Positions 11,150 to 21,600 of a stretch of DNA of 64,000 nt are shown here, piece after piece (positions within the stretch are counted from its first letter, which is position 1; every line of letters begins with the position of its first letter). The stretch is from NCBI GenBank assembly GCA_002269645.1, contig NIVC01001797.1, forward strand, positions 62,001 through 126,000. Reading direction: 5' to 3'. The notes beneath the pieces were generated by a model. That model saw only the letters and a program-made list of their open reading frames with translations, ran no database searches and had not been told where the DNA came from. Position numbers and translations under genes: made by a program. Origin of the DNA: Macrostomum lignano. Lineage: Eukaryota.

Positions 11150-12586
11150 TTCATTAGTCGAAATAGATCACTACCTTGTTGTTGACTCCGTCAGCTTCTA
11201 TTCTCATTCTCTTCTTTTCGGTTCCGGAACAGAAATTCCAACCTTCTCTAGCGCGACGACAGCCGTTTCCTTGGCGTCAGGAGCACCAGGAGCGACTCTG
11301 GACCGTCCGCAGCCAGATCCACAGCCAGAACAGCTTCATTGACATCGGAACTCTTGCCCGTCGAATTCCGGCAATGATGGCACTAGTACGACGTTGCACG
11401 CAACAGACATGCCAATGTAGCGTTCAATGGCGCTGCTACTGTGACCTGTGATACGAATGTTTTTTCAATAAAAGAAAAAATGTTTAATATAAGATAATAT
11501 TTTAATGTAAGAAAAGTAAAACTTTATGACCTGTGATCCAACAAATGTCGCGCGTTCAATTCCAGCGTCGTGTAATCGGGTAGCAGTTGTCTTCTGCAAG
11601 CTTTGGTTGGTGTACCGTCCAGAATCTTCCGGCGCCACCTTAGACGTCAATTTGGACACCAGTCCGGCAAAGAATGTCGACCCATCGGCGTTTTCGTGAA
11701 CCATCCACCAGACTTTCCCGGCGCCAGAACCGATTGGGCGACAAAAAGACGCTTGGTCAGAGTCCTCAGGTCGCTTTGCGATGTAAGCCTTGTAGACACA
11801 CACGATACATCGCTCATGGCTATCAGAATTGAATGCACGGACGATTTGATCCCGTCGCAACTCCTTCAGTCCGCCTGGTGCGTCTTCGTCACGAATTGTT
11901 CACGACTTTAGACACTCGCTCCATCGACGGCAATCCAGTCGAATCTGCTTCTCAATTGCAAATCTCTGAGCTCGGAACACCAGCAAAGCAAAAGCTTGCC
12001 AACAAGCCACACAATCTCCAAGAAGTTCGGAGCCCCAGAGGCGTCCTCGACAGAACACGGAATGGCTTCAGCTCGACGGAGTCCGGCACATTTTCCATCC
12101 CTCGTTGAGAGCTTCATTGAAGCATCCAATGCTCGTCGACTCTCGCTAAATTCCGGTTCCTTCCAGAAACTCCAATCCTTCTTTAAGGTGTTTTGAAGTA
12201 GTACTGGATCATAGAAAACAGGTCTTTTAACGTCGACGCGGTGTATCATTCACTTCGTGGGTTCTCACTTCAAATACAAAAAACTTGAGCAGGTAGTTCA
12301 GATCGCCTTTGCTCATTTCTTCGCAACTCTTAATCACCATCAGGCCAGTTGTAGTTCCATCAGCCCAAGCAGTCTTCTTAGCCTCGTGCCATGCAGTAAA
12401 GACGCTCATAGCCCAATCGGCCTTTTTCCTCGTTGACGCAGGTGCACTTGCCAACAGCTCTCTCTCAATGTCTTCATTTGTGATCATCTTGAAGCGTTGG
12501 ACTCCTCCGTTCTTCTCTTCGTAGAAGTCGAGCAGCTCCTCAGAAATAAAAAACTCCGACGGGTTTTGAGAAGCTCTATTTTCCAT
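11150..12586 (-). pseudogene. Crypton-type (DUF3504-like) tyrosine recombinase B nested in the Gypsy 3' region; 85-nt intron at 11446-11530
   Basis: STRKKADWAMSVFTAW..LLKFFVFEVR; PEFSESRRALDASMK; RCIVCVYKAYIAKRP; YTNQSLQKTTATRLHDAG; ITG|HSSSAIERY after splicing; C-terminal MRIEADGVNNKVVIYFD. Several frameshifts. Confidence 0.82.
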
Positions 12587-12809
12587 ATCAATTGATTCAG
12601 TTTATTAATTGATTGATTTCGCCTTGCAGAATATCTTCACGGCCATATACACATTTTGGGGAGGGTCCCAGGCTGGGCTATGCTCAAGATTAAATACGAT
12701 ACTACCCCCCAAAAACTGCGCCTCGGCCAAGAAACGAGTCCTCAGCCAACTTCATGGCCAAAGAAACGTTTTGGGGGGTATTATCTTATACGTAAATCAC
12801 TCTTTGCTT

Positions 12810-15800
12810 GCTTGGCTTGCCGCGTGCTGCGCCGTGGCAATTCCTGTATAGCTGGCTTAAACGTATGGTCCACTCGGACTGACTCAGACTCAGAATCCAT
12901 TTGCAGTTCCGAAATGCCATCGTCATCGTGCACATGCTTTCCACCAGGGTTGCCATCGTTTTTACGCATCATTGGGTTTCCAATGCTGACATCCTTGTTC
13001 GAATCTCATTGATCGTCTCCCTGAGACTTCGGGTCTGAGCTTGTTCGTTGAAGCTGATCTCTGTGCACTTTCTGGAATCTTCCGTCTTCCAGCTTGACAA
13101 TTGCGGTATTCCTTCCCAATGGATTGATCAGCCTGGCCTCGTGTGTTGACTTCTCCGTCTTGTACACTACGGTTTCACCAGGACTCCATCCAGCTGCTGA
13201 CATCAAAGGTACACGCAGTTTTCTTCCCATCAGTAATTCTGCTAGAATAGAAGGTACCTGTCGATTGCGGCTTGGGAAAATCTATTTGCACTGACAGCTT
13301 TTTTATTGTACGAACAAATCGCTCAGTCAGACCGTTGCTAGCTGGGTGGTATGCTGGGGTCGTTACATGATCTCACCCGATTTGAGTCAACCAACCTTGT
13401 GTCTCTTGGCTAACAAAGCTTGATCCATTGTCGGACACCAGGACTCTCGGTACCCCTAGCTGGGAGAATGTTCTTCTCAACCTCGAGATCACCGTAGCGG
13501 ATGTCATGTCCCGTGTCACGTGCACCTCTGGATAGTTCGAATGAGAATCAACCATGACGAGCAAATTATTGTCCTTCTATCGGACCCGCAAAATCGATGT
13601 GAATTCGATCCCAGGGGCCTTGTGGTGCTTGCCATGAAGTTCGGAAATTTCGATTTAGAGGCTTCGCCTTCTTGCATGTCAGACAACAACCAACTACACG
13701 CTCTACCGCCTTATCGACACCTGGCCACCAGAAGTACTCGCGCAATAGAGACTTAGTGCGTGTCATGCCTAGGTGTACACCGTGAGCTGCGTTCACTGCT
13801 TTATCTTGAAGTGCAACTGGCAACACTATCTTGGACCCACGAAGCACCAAGTCTCCCTCAGTTGATAGTTCTCCAGCCAGTGGTTTGTAGCTACCCATCT
13901 CACTGTTCTAGAACTGTCCAGTTTGAATTGCCTCTCGGAGAGTTCGCAGTTCGTGGCACTTCCTGGGCCAAAACCGAAAATCGGTCAGCTTGAGCAGATG
14001 ACTTTCTGAAAGATGGATTGCACCAGTCGCGTGAGTTGGAGCCTCCATCGAAGCGTTTACAAACCTAGATAGTGCATCAGATCGCATCTCCACCAACTTC
14101 CGATATGTTATGCTGTAGTCGTAGCCGGACAGTAAAATAGCCCATCTTTGCAGGCGCGCCGAAACCCTTTCTGGTAGCTGACTAGAGGGTCCGAACACGA
14201 AGGTCAGAGGACGGTGGTCAGTTACTAGCGAGAATTCTCTGCCACAAAGAAACCGGTGACATCGTCGAATGCCCCAGACAATCGCCAATGCTTCGCGTTC
14301 GATCTGTGAATATTCTCTTTTGCGCCGGTGACAACAACTTGCTAATGAAGATTATGGGTCTGCCTTCCTGAGAGAGCACGCCACCAATGGCCACCTGCGA
14401 AGCGTCACATTCGATTTCCACTGTTTTCTTCGGATCGTACGAATGCAACATAGACTCAGTCGACAGTGCCATCTTGATCTTATTGAAAGCTTGTTCGTGC
14501 TTGTCTGTCTAAGTGAACTCGGCTCCTCTGCGTCTAAGCTGTGACAGGGGCTCAATGAGTTCTGCGAGGTTGCGAATAAATTTACCGCAGAAATTAACGA
14601 GGCCAAGAAACGATTCCTATTCCGGTAGATTTTTAGGGGCTGACATCTCCCTTAACGCGTGCACCTTCTCTTAATCTGGCTTCACTGTCCCTGACTCGAG
14701 AATGTGACCCAGAAAGCGGACCCGAGTCTGCATTATCTAACATTTTTCCTCGTTTGCTGTCAAGTTGTGCTTGGCCAACCGTGCTCTAACTTCGGCTTCT
14801 CTGTCTCTGAGGTCTTCTTTGGTCACGCCGCCAATGAGAATATCATCGACATATGCTACTGGTCCAGAAATTCCTTGAATCACTTCTACAATGTAACGTT
14901 GGAAAATACTGGGGGCAGTCTTTAACCCAAAGACTAGACGGTTGTATCTGAAGTTCCCGAATGGTGTAGACATCACAGTGATATCCTTGGAAGAGTCGTC
15001 TAGGTGCACCTGGTTATATGCTTTCTCGAGATCCAGAATCGTGTAGTATTTGCAATTTGTCACTGCTGCGAATGCTTCTTCAACTGTCGGCAACGGGTAG
15101 CTATCCCGCTGTAGCTGTGGATTGACTGTCGTCTTATAGTCGACACAGATCCTGAGACCGCCATTGGGTTCTTGCACAGTCACAATGGGTGACGCCCACT
15201 GCGAAAAGCTAACTTGCTCGATCACTCCGTCAGTCACAAGCTTGTCGATCTCGCATTTCAGACGCTCGCGCAATGCGAATGGCACAGGCCTCGCTTTGAT
15301 GTACTTGGGCACTGCGCCATCGACTAATCGTAAGCTTGCCTTGAACGGAACTGAATCTTTCATCTCTGTATGTCCAATAGAGACGCATTCCGGATTGAGT
15401 TTGATGACATCTCGTCCGAGCAATGCAAAGTTGCGGTTTGAGCGGACTACTTGAAACGTAATCTTGATGTTTCTTCCTTTCCGTTCCGTGACGACAGGCA
15501 ATGAACCCAACTGGTCGAATTTGTGTCCGTCGGTGTAGCCCACCAAAGTCGAGGTGCTACCTTGCAACTTTGGCTTTTCAAATCTATACCACAGCTTGCT
15601 GGACAGAACTGAAACCGAAGCTCCCGTGTCAATCTGACAGATTATGGATTGCATTTTGCCTTCTACTTGACATGCCAGCTCCACTGTAGAGCACGACGCT
15701 TCTCTGCCAGTGTCAGTGTGCAAAATGTCTCTTTTTGCAGAATCCTCAGCCACAAAGTTCTGTTGACCGGATAGGCTTGACCGACATGCCTTTTGAAAGC

Positions 15801-16612
15801 GGTTTGGCTTACCGCATCTCTTGCAGGTTTTTCCATAGCCGGACATGCTGTCTTTGGATGCTGGTTGCCACCACAACGAGGGCACTTCTTGTCTCCTCTG
15901 GGTGGGATCGGCCTTGACAGTTTTGGCTTTGAGCTGCCGATTTTCATGACCGTCCCTTCCGCTTTTGATGTGACGCATACGCCTCGGCTTCCGCCACAGC
16001 AGCCTTGAAGGTTAGCTCCTCAAAATCTCGGATTAGCAGCTTTGCTATGATGACTTTGTCATTCAGTCCGCAGATGAATTGGTCCCGGAGCCGTTCCTCC
16101 TTGACCTTGTTGCTATCCGACGCTTTGAGCAGCCTCTCAGCGAATGCTCGAACGCCCTCTTTTGCGTCCTTCTTGGCATTTTGAAAGGCGTACCGTTCAG
16201 ACAGGACATATGTTTTAGGCACCAGGATCTCCTTCAGCGCCTTGTTGAGCTCTTCGAAAGACATTGTGCTCGGTAATGTACACAGAGCCAGATGATTCGC
16301 CAGAGTGTCGTACAGACCAGCAGACAGACGCATGAGCAAAATCTGCGCCTTTTCTTCTTCTCCCCATTTGCAGAGATTGGCCGTAACTGTGAAGCGTTCC
16401 ATCCATCGTGGAAGCGACTTTCCTTCCTCCAGCTTCTCAATGTCGATCATGTTGAGCATGTTGTTTCCGATCATTGGCTGGTGGAATTGTGCAGTTTGGC
16501 CGATTCCTTCCAGACTCGAAGGCAGTGGCACTTTGCCATCCTTAGTCACCGTCTTTGCTGCAGACTTCACTGGCGATGCCATTTTCTCAGCTGCCGGTGT
16601 TGGTGGTGCCAT
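12810..16612 (-). pseudogene. Gypsy gag-pol (gag, CCHC knuckles, protease, RT, RNase H, integrase) with multiple frameshifts and stops
   Basis: RLRDQFICGL; CPRCGGNQHPKTAC; IDTGASVS; YVDDILI; CDASQVAIGGVLSQ; VTDHRPL; HLGMTRTK..WWP..CLTC; IHIDFAGP; VSDNGSSF; VHRDQL; PRRSTR tail. Domain order is PR-RT-RH-IN. Confidence 0.93.
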
Positions 16613-16628
16613 CCTGCTTGCGATGCCA
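16611..16628 (-). promoter_or_regulatory. Primer-binding site, probably tRNA-Ser type
   Basis: The 18-nt TGGCATCGCAAGCAGGAT lies 1 nt inside the 5' LTR. Its complement ATCCTGC-N6-TG-CCA resembles tRNA-Ser 3' ends (inference). Confidence 0.6.
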
Positions 16629-16842
16629 CTGTTGTGTCTTCTGTTTTTTAATGACAAATCAAATGAGCAAGTCTGAAACTTAAAATGTTAAATTAACCAG
16701 CCGTTCTTCGACTCTTGTCTTATTATTTATTTCTGCAAGCCTAGCTTGCTCTTGTTACGCGTAGATCGCTAAAGCGTACGGTGCGCTGGGAAGCAAATCA
16801 TTTTGTTTATGGTTCGGCTTGGCTTATAGCCACAGCAGTATC

Positions 16843-17395
16843 TGCTCAGTCTTACTAGGTCACCTTCCTCGATTGGTGGATATTGTCTTCTGACAGAACC
16901 AGATCCAATATACTCTCGTACTTTGACAAGCAGCATTCGATTTGCAGCAGCAAATTCGTCTCTAGAAATTATGTTGACAGAGCGCTTGAGAACCAAGCAG
17001 AAATATCTCTGAATGCCGGCATGCATGCAAACCAAAGCAGCAGGTGAGTAAACTCCACCGTCAACTTTCTTCAAAGAGAAGTAATTAAAACGTAGAAACT
17101 CGTTTAGGATGGTCTCCGACATTGTCACAGGCGAAACTTCAGTTTGTCTTCCTAGAAACTCCACGAACGCTTTACCATGCTGGAACATCTGTTCTCGCGT
17201 AGTCTTGGCTAGCAAGTCGATTTCAACGCGATCTAGATCCATAATCGGCAGAACAGCATCTTCTGGTAGATCGGGTAGAGTAGTGTTCAGTAGCAACTGG
17301 GTCATCATTGGTAGGATCTATAGGTAGTGAATAAAACTCATTAGATCAGCGTCATCAGCGTGGTCTTTTGCACTCAACATAGGAAGAAAATCCAT
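16843..17395 (-). pseudogene. Crypton-type tyrosine recombinase A, N-terminal part
   Basis: LNEFLRFNYFSLKKVDGGVYSPAALVCMHAGIQRYF..VNIISRDEFAAANRML..PPIEEGDLVRLSRY. It rejoins the 10591 part once the LTR element and one GTATC are removed. Confidence 0.8.
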
Positions 17396-17714
17396 TTCGT
17401 TGGCAGACACCGTTAAGGGAGTCGGTTGGCAAGTTTTTCCAATTTATTAGATGCGTTCTAGAGAAGAGTAGACAGTGTTCAACCAAATCAAGCTTATAAA
17501 AATCGAACCAAAGCCCTATGCGTTCTTCTCCTTTTTCACTCCATAGTCTATAGCACAGTTGTAGCGGTCTGATGTATGTCTATGGCCAAAATCTGCGCAG
17601 TCTGGAACGTTTCTGATTTGCAGAGGCATCGTTAAACAATCGGTATTAAACAACGCTTTCAGCGTTAAACAATGCTTCTAGTCGAGTATGCTAAACGATA
17701 TAGTAACAATAAGC

Positions 17715-17843
17715 TTATTCATATGGTACTAGAGGTAAACAATAAACAAAATCACGAGTGGCCCTACTTCAAGACAGACAAGCAGTGGCTACGCCACTCG
17801 TGATTTTGCTTATTGTTTACCTCTTATAGTACCATACGAATAA
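17715..17843. repeat. About 50-bp-arm inverted repeat upstream of recombinase A (candidate element terminus)
   Basis: 17715-17762 versus 17793-17843, with core GAGGTAAACAATAA.CAAAATCACGAGTGGC. Confidence 0.8.
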
Positions 17844-18661
17844 TCTAACATTGCTTGTCTATCTGTTTAATTAGGTTCTTCGATCGGGAGCTATTTTACT
17901 GTGTTTTTTAGTTCACACCTCACTACATAGAAAATCAAAGGTTTGCGCTGGATCAGACAGGTGAAAGTATATCTGGTACATATACCTGTGATTTATTGCG
18001 AGCAACGTGTTATCTAAAGCTGTTCCCTAGCTGAGAGGGTCTGGCTTGCCTCGGCCAATCACTGCACTCGAATGCTTCATTGGCCTGCTGTAATACTCGT
18101 ATATACATGTATTTCTTTCTAGCCCGTATCGCAGCGCTTCGGTTTGCTTGTGTTAGCTGCTAAGAAAACATTTCGTAAAAGTATAGTTAAACCCGCGGCT
18201 TCGAACTGCAAAATCATCATGGTACTCTTGGATGAGGCTGTTCGCGAGATCTGCCGTCAGGGCCTGTTCTGCAAGATGACCTCCGGGGAGCTGATGTGTA
18301 AGGAGGAATATTGCTGATATCTGAAATTTTTGGCAGCTATGCTTTGTAAAGCTCAAGAAACTTTGTCGCCGAAAGACAGAATCTTTCACAATATCGAAAT
18401 TTCGCATAGTCAATTTTTCACATGACAGACCTGCGCGGTCCCTTCAGCGCGATAAATTTCAACCTCGAAAGCTGGCAATTTTCAAAAAATACTATAATTT
18501 GCTAGTCGTATTGAAAACTTATACTGTAGAGTCTTGAAACTCAAATTCTGTTGCTAATATTAAGACATGGCTATGCACATTGAACACTCAAATACTCAAA
18601 ACCTCGATTCGCAGCGACACGGGAGGAGCGAACCCTCACCGTCCAGCATCCGATCGTGCTG

Positions 18662-21600
18662 ATGGCCCACTGCCTCTGGTGCGGCTCGTCTGCGATTAAC
18701 GAAGCGTAAGTTGAGCTTAAGTCCCTGCCTCAGAGTTTGCATTGGTGATACTTGTGTGACTTTACTTGTACGTATGTGTGCAGTTTTACCAACATCAACC
18801 AAACCAAATTAATGCGGTCTAGTTCCTTTACTAAACACGATGATCAGATGGTCAAGTTCCTTGAAACAACGCTAGGGTGCAGTAGAGTCTCTCATTTACA
18901 GTGATGCAGTCCCAGTTTCTAAACCAACCACTAAAAACACAATGACTTCAGTCCAGTTTCTTATTGGGAACAAAAAAATAAAGTCCAATAGACCACTGAT
19001 GCCATCCAAATCATTGAATGAAGCACTGAACACATGATGCGGTCCAGTTCCTAAAAGCACCACGGCCAACACAATGATGCGGTCCAGTTCCTAAATGAAC
19101 CACTGAACACAATGATGCGGTCCAGTTCCTAAATGAACCACTGAACACAATGATGCGGTCCAGTTCCTAAATGAACCACTGAACACAATGATGCGGTCCA
19201 GTTCCTAAATGAACCACTGAACACAATGATGCAGTCCAGTTCCTAAATGAAACACTGAACACGATGATGCGGTCCAGTTCCTAAATGAAACACTGAACAC
19301 AATGATGCGGTCCAGTTCCTAAATGAAACACTGAACACAATGATGCGGTCCAGTTCCTATCTTTCCATCCCTCAGATCCAGCTGCTTCAGCCACATCCTG
19401 TCCAACCTGAACAGCTCGGGTCCAGTTTCCCAACTGTCGCACCCGTCGTCAAAGTCGACGCAACAGTCGCAGTTGCAGCAGTCGAATTTAAGCCATCCCG
19501 ACGATGGCGTCAAAGTCACAGCCGCCGTAGGCGTGGCCGTTGCTCTCCACTGCCTGCTGATTGCAGTCGGCCTCGTGAGCAATTTGCTCGTGTCCGGGAT
19601 TCTCATCCGTAGGCGCCAGTTCGCCAACGTGACCAACCTGTTCGTGCTTGGCCTGTCCCTGTCGGACATCCTCATCTGCGGCCTGCTGATGCCTTCGCTG
19701 ATGTACTACGACCTGTCCAGACGGGGCTATATCTCGGCCAGCCCGCCCGGCCGGCTCTACTGCCAGCTGCTGCTCACCTCGCTAAACGTGCCGATCTACG
19801 CCAGCTGCCTCATCATCCTGTGGATCGCGGTGGATCGGCACCGCCTCATTTGCCAGCCGCATCGTCGCCGGATGTCCCGGCCGGTGGCCGTCGGCCTCCT
19901 GCTGCTGACCGGCTTGGTCAGCGCGCTCGTCCACTCGCCGACTGTGGCGTTCAACGCGCCGCCAGACGGCCGACGGAGCCAGTTCTGCGCCGAGCAGTGG
20001 CCAGACAAGCGGCTGCGGCTGGCCTACTCGATCGGCGCCTTCTGCCTGCAGTTCTGCACTCCGCTGCTCGTCACCGGGGCGCTGTACAGCCGCATCTACC
20101 GCCGCCTGCAGGTCCGGGCGGCCAACCGGCAGCGCCGGGAGACCCGGCGGAAGCGGCGCACCAATCGAATCCTCGTTGCCATAGTGATCAGCTTCGCCAT
20201 CTTCTGGAGTCCCTGGTCGGTGTTCAACGTGGTGTCGGAGATCGAGCAGTTCAAGAGGCGGGCCGATCCGGTCGAAGTGGCCGCCTTCTTGGATTGCGTC
20301 AACATGACCCAGCCGTGGGACACCGTCAATGAGAACCTGCGTACTCTCTTCGACTCTTACAGTGAGTCTTTGGGTTGTAATCGGACAGCGAGAGTCTGTG
20401 GGTTGCACTCGGACAAGTGAGAGTCTGAGGGTTGTACTCAGACAGTGACAGTCTGTGAATTTTACTCGGACAGTGAGAGTCTGTGGGTTGCACTCGGACA
20501 GTGAGAGTCTTTGGGTTGCACTCAGACAGTGAGAGTCTGAAGGTTGTACTCGGACAGTGAGAGTCTGAATGTTGTACTCGGACAGTGAGAGTCTGAAGGT
20601 TGTACTCGGACAGTGAGAGTCTGTGAATTTTACTCGGACAGTGAGAGCCTGTGGGTTGTACTCGGACAGTGAGAGTCTGTGAATTTTACTCGGACAGTGA
20701 GAGCCTGTGGGTTGTACTCGGACAGTGAGAGTCTGTGAATTTTACTCGGACAGTGAGAGTCTGTAGGTTGTACTCGGACAGTGACAGTCTGTGAATTGTA
20801 CTCGGACAGTGAGAGTCTGTGAATTGTACTCGGACAGTCTGTGGCTTGGCTTGTTAGACTCGGACAGCGAGGTTTTGTGAGATTGGTTTTGACTCGGATA
20901 ATGGTGCGTACACCTGAACAGCTCAGGTACATTTGACACTTCGTAGTGTCTGCTTGGCTTTTACTCGTATTTTTTCTAATTTTTTTTATGTTTGCTAGGC
21001 TTCGAACTTGTGGAAACAGTGATTGGGCGAGATGGAGAAGTCTACTGGGGAGTTTTGTTGTTCCAGTGCAAGCAACCGCCAGAAGACATCGACAAAGTGG
21101 AGCTGGCATTAACTGGGTTGGGGCAGCCACCTCTTATAAATGATTTAACGAGTTCTTTTTCCCTGACTTCATCCCAGATTCCGCCTCCTCCTCACTAAGC
21201 TTGGCCCCCAACCAAGCAGCTCCATCTTTTATTGGCGAAAGAGAGGACGCCAAAGGCAAGTTCGCTTGACTGGCTTGAAACAGGCGGTTTATGGCTTAGC
21301 CGAACGTGGCTACATGAAATTCTGGATACTACGAATTCGATATTTAGCTGAAAAGTACTTCGGCGTTTTTCAACTATGATACTATCACGATGAAAGTTGG
21401 GATTTTTAGGGACTTTTCTGCACATTTCTCTTACGATTGGCAGTCATAGACGACTACATGACCTACTAAATTTGTCTTTTAAGGTTTTAAGGCTTTTCGG
21501 GTAGTTGAAGATATATTAGCTCTTGTCTACTTCTCTCCTGCATGTCTACTTTCCCCTATGCCCAACTCTCGTTTGTCTATTCCTCATCCTCGGCTTTCAT

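Larger units (their letters stand above)
10597..16837 (-). mobile_element. Gypsy (Mag-like) LTR retrotransposon, degenerate, 6241 bp including a nested insert
   Basis: LTRs at 16630-16837 and 10597-10800 with TG..CA ends. TSD GTATC at 10592-10596 and 16838-16842. PBS at 16611-16628 and PPT (AAAAG10A on the minus strand) at 10801-10815. Confidence 0.92.

Noticed and set aside
20999-21198. Possible alternative GPCR exon (strong acceptor, phase 1, FELVETVIGRDGEV...)
   Set aside because: No convincing in-phase donor, and it would truncate the receptor before TM7. It needs RNA evidence.
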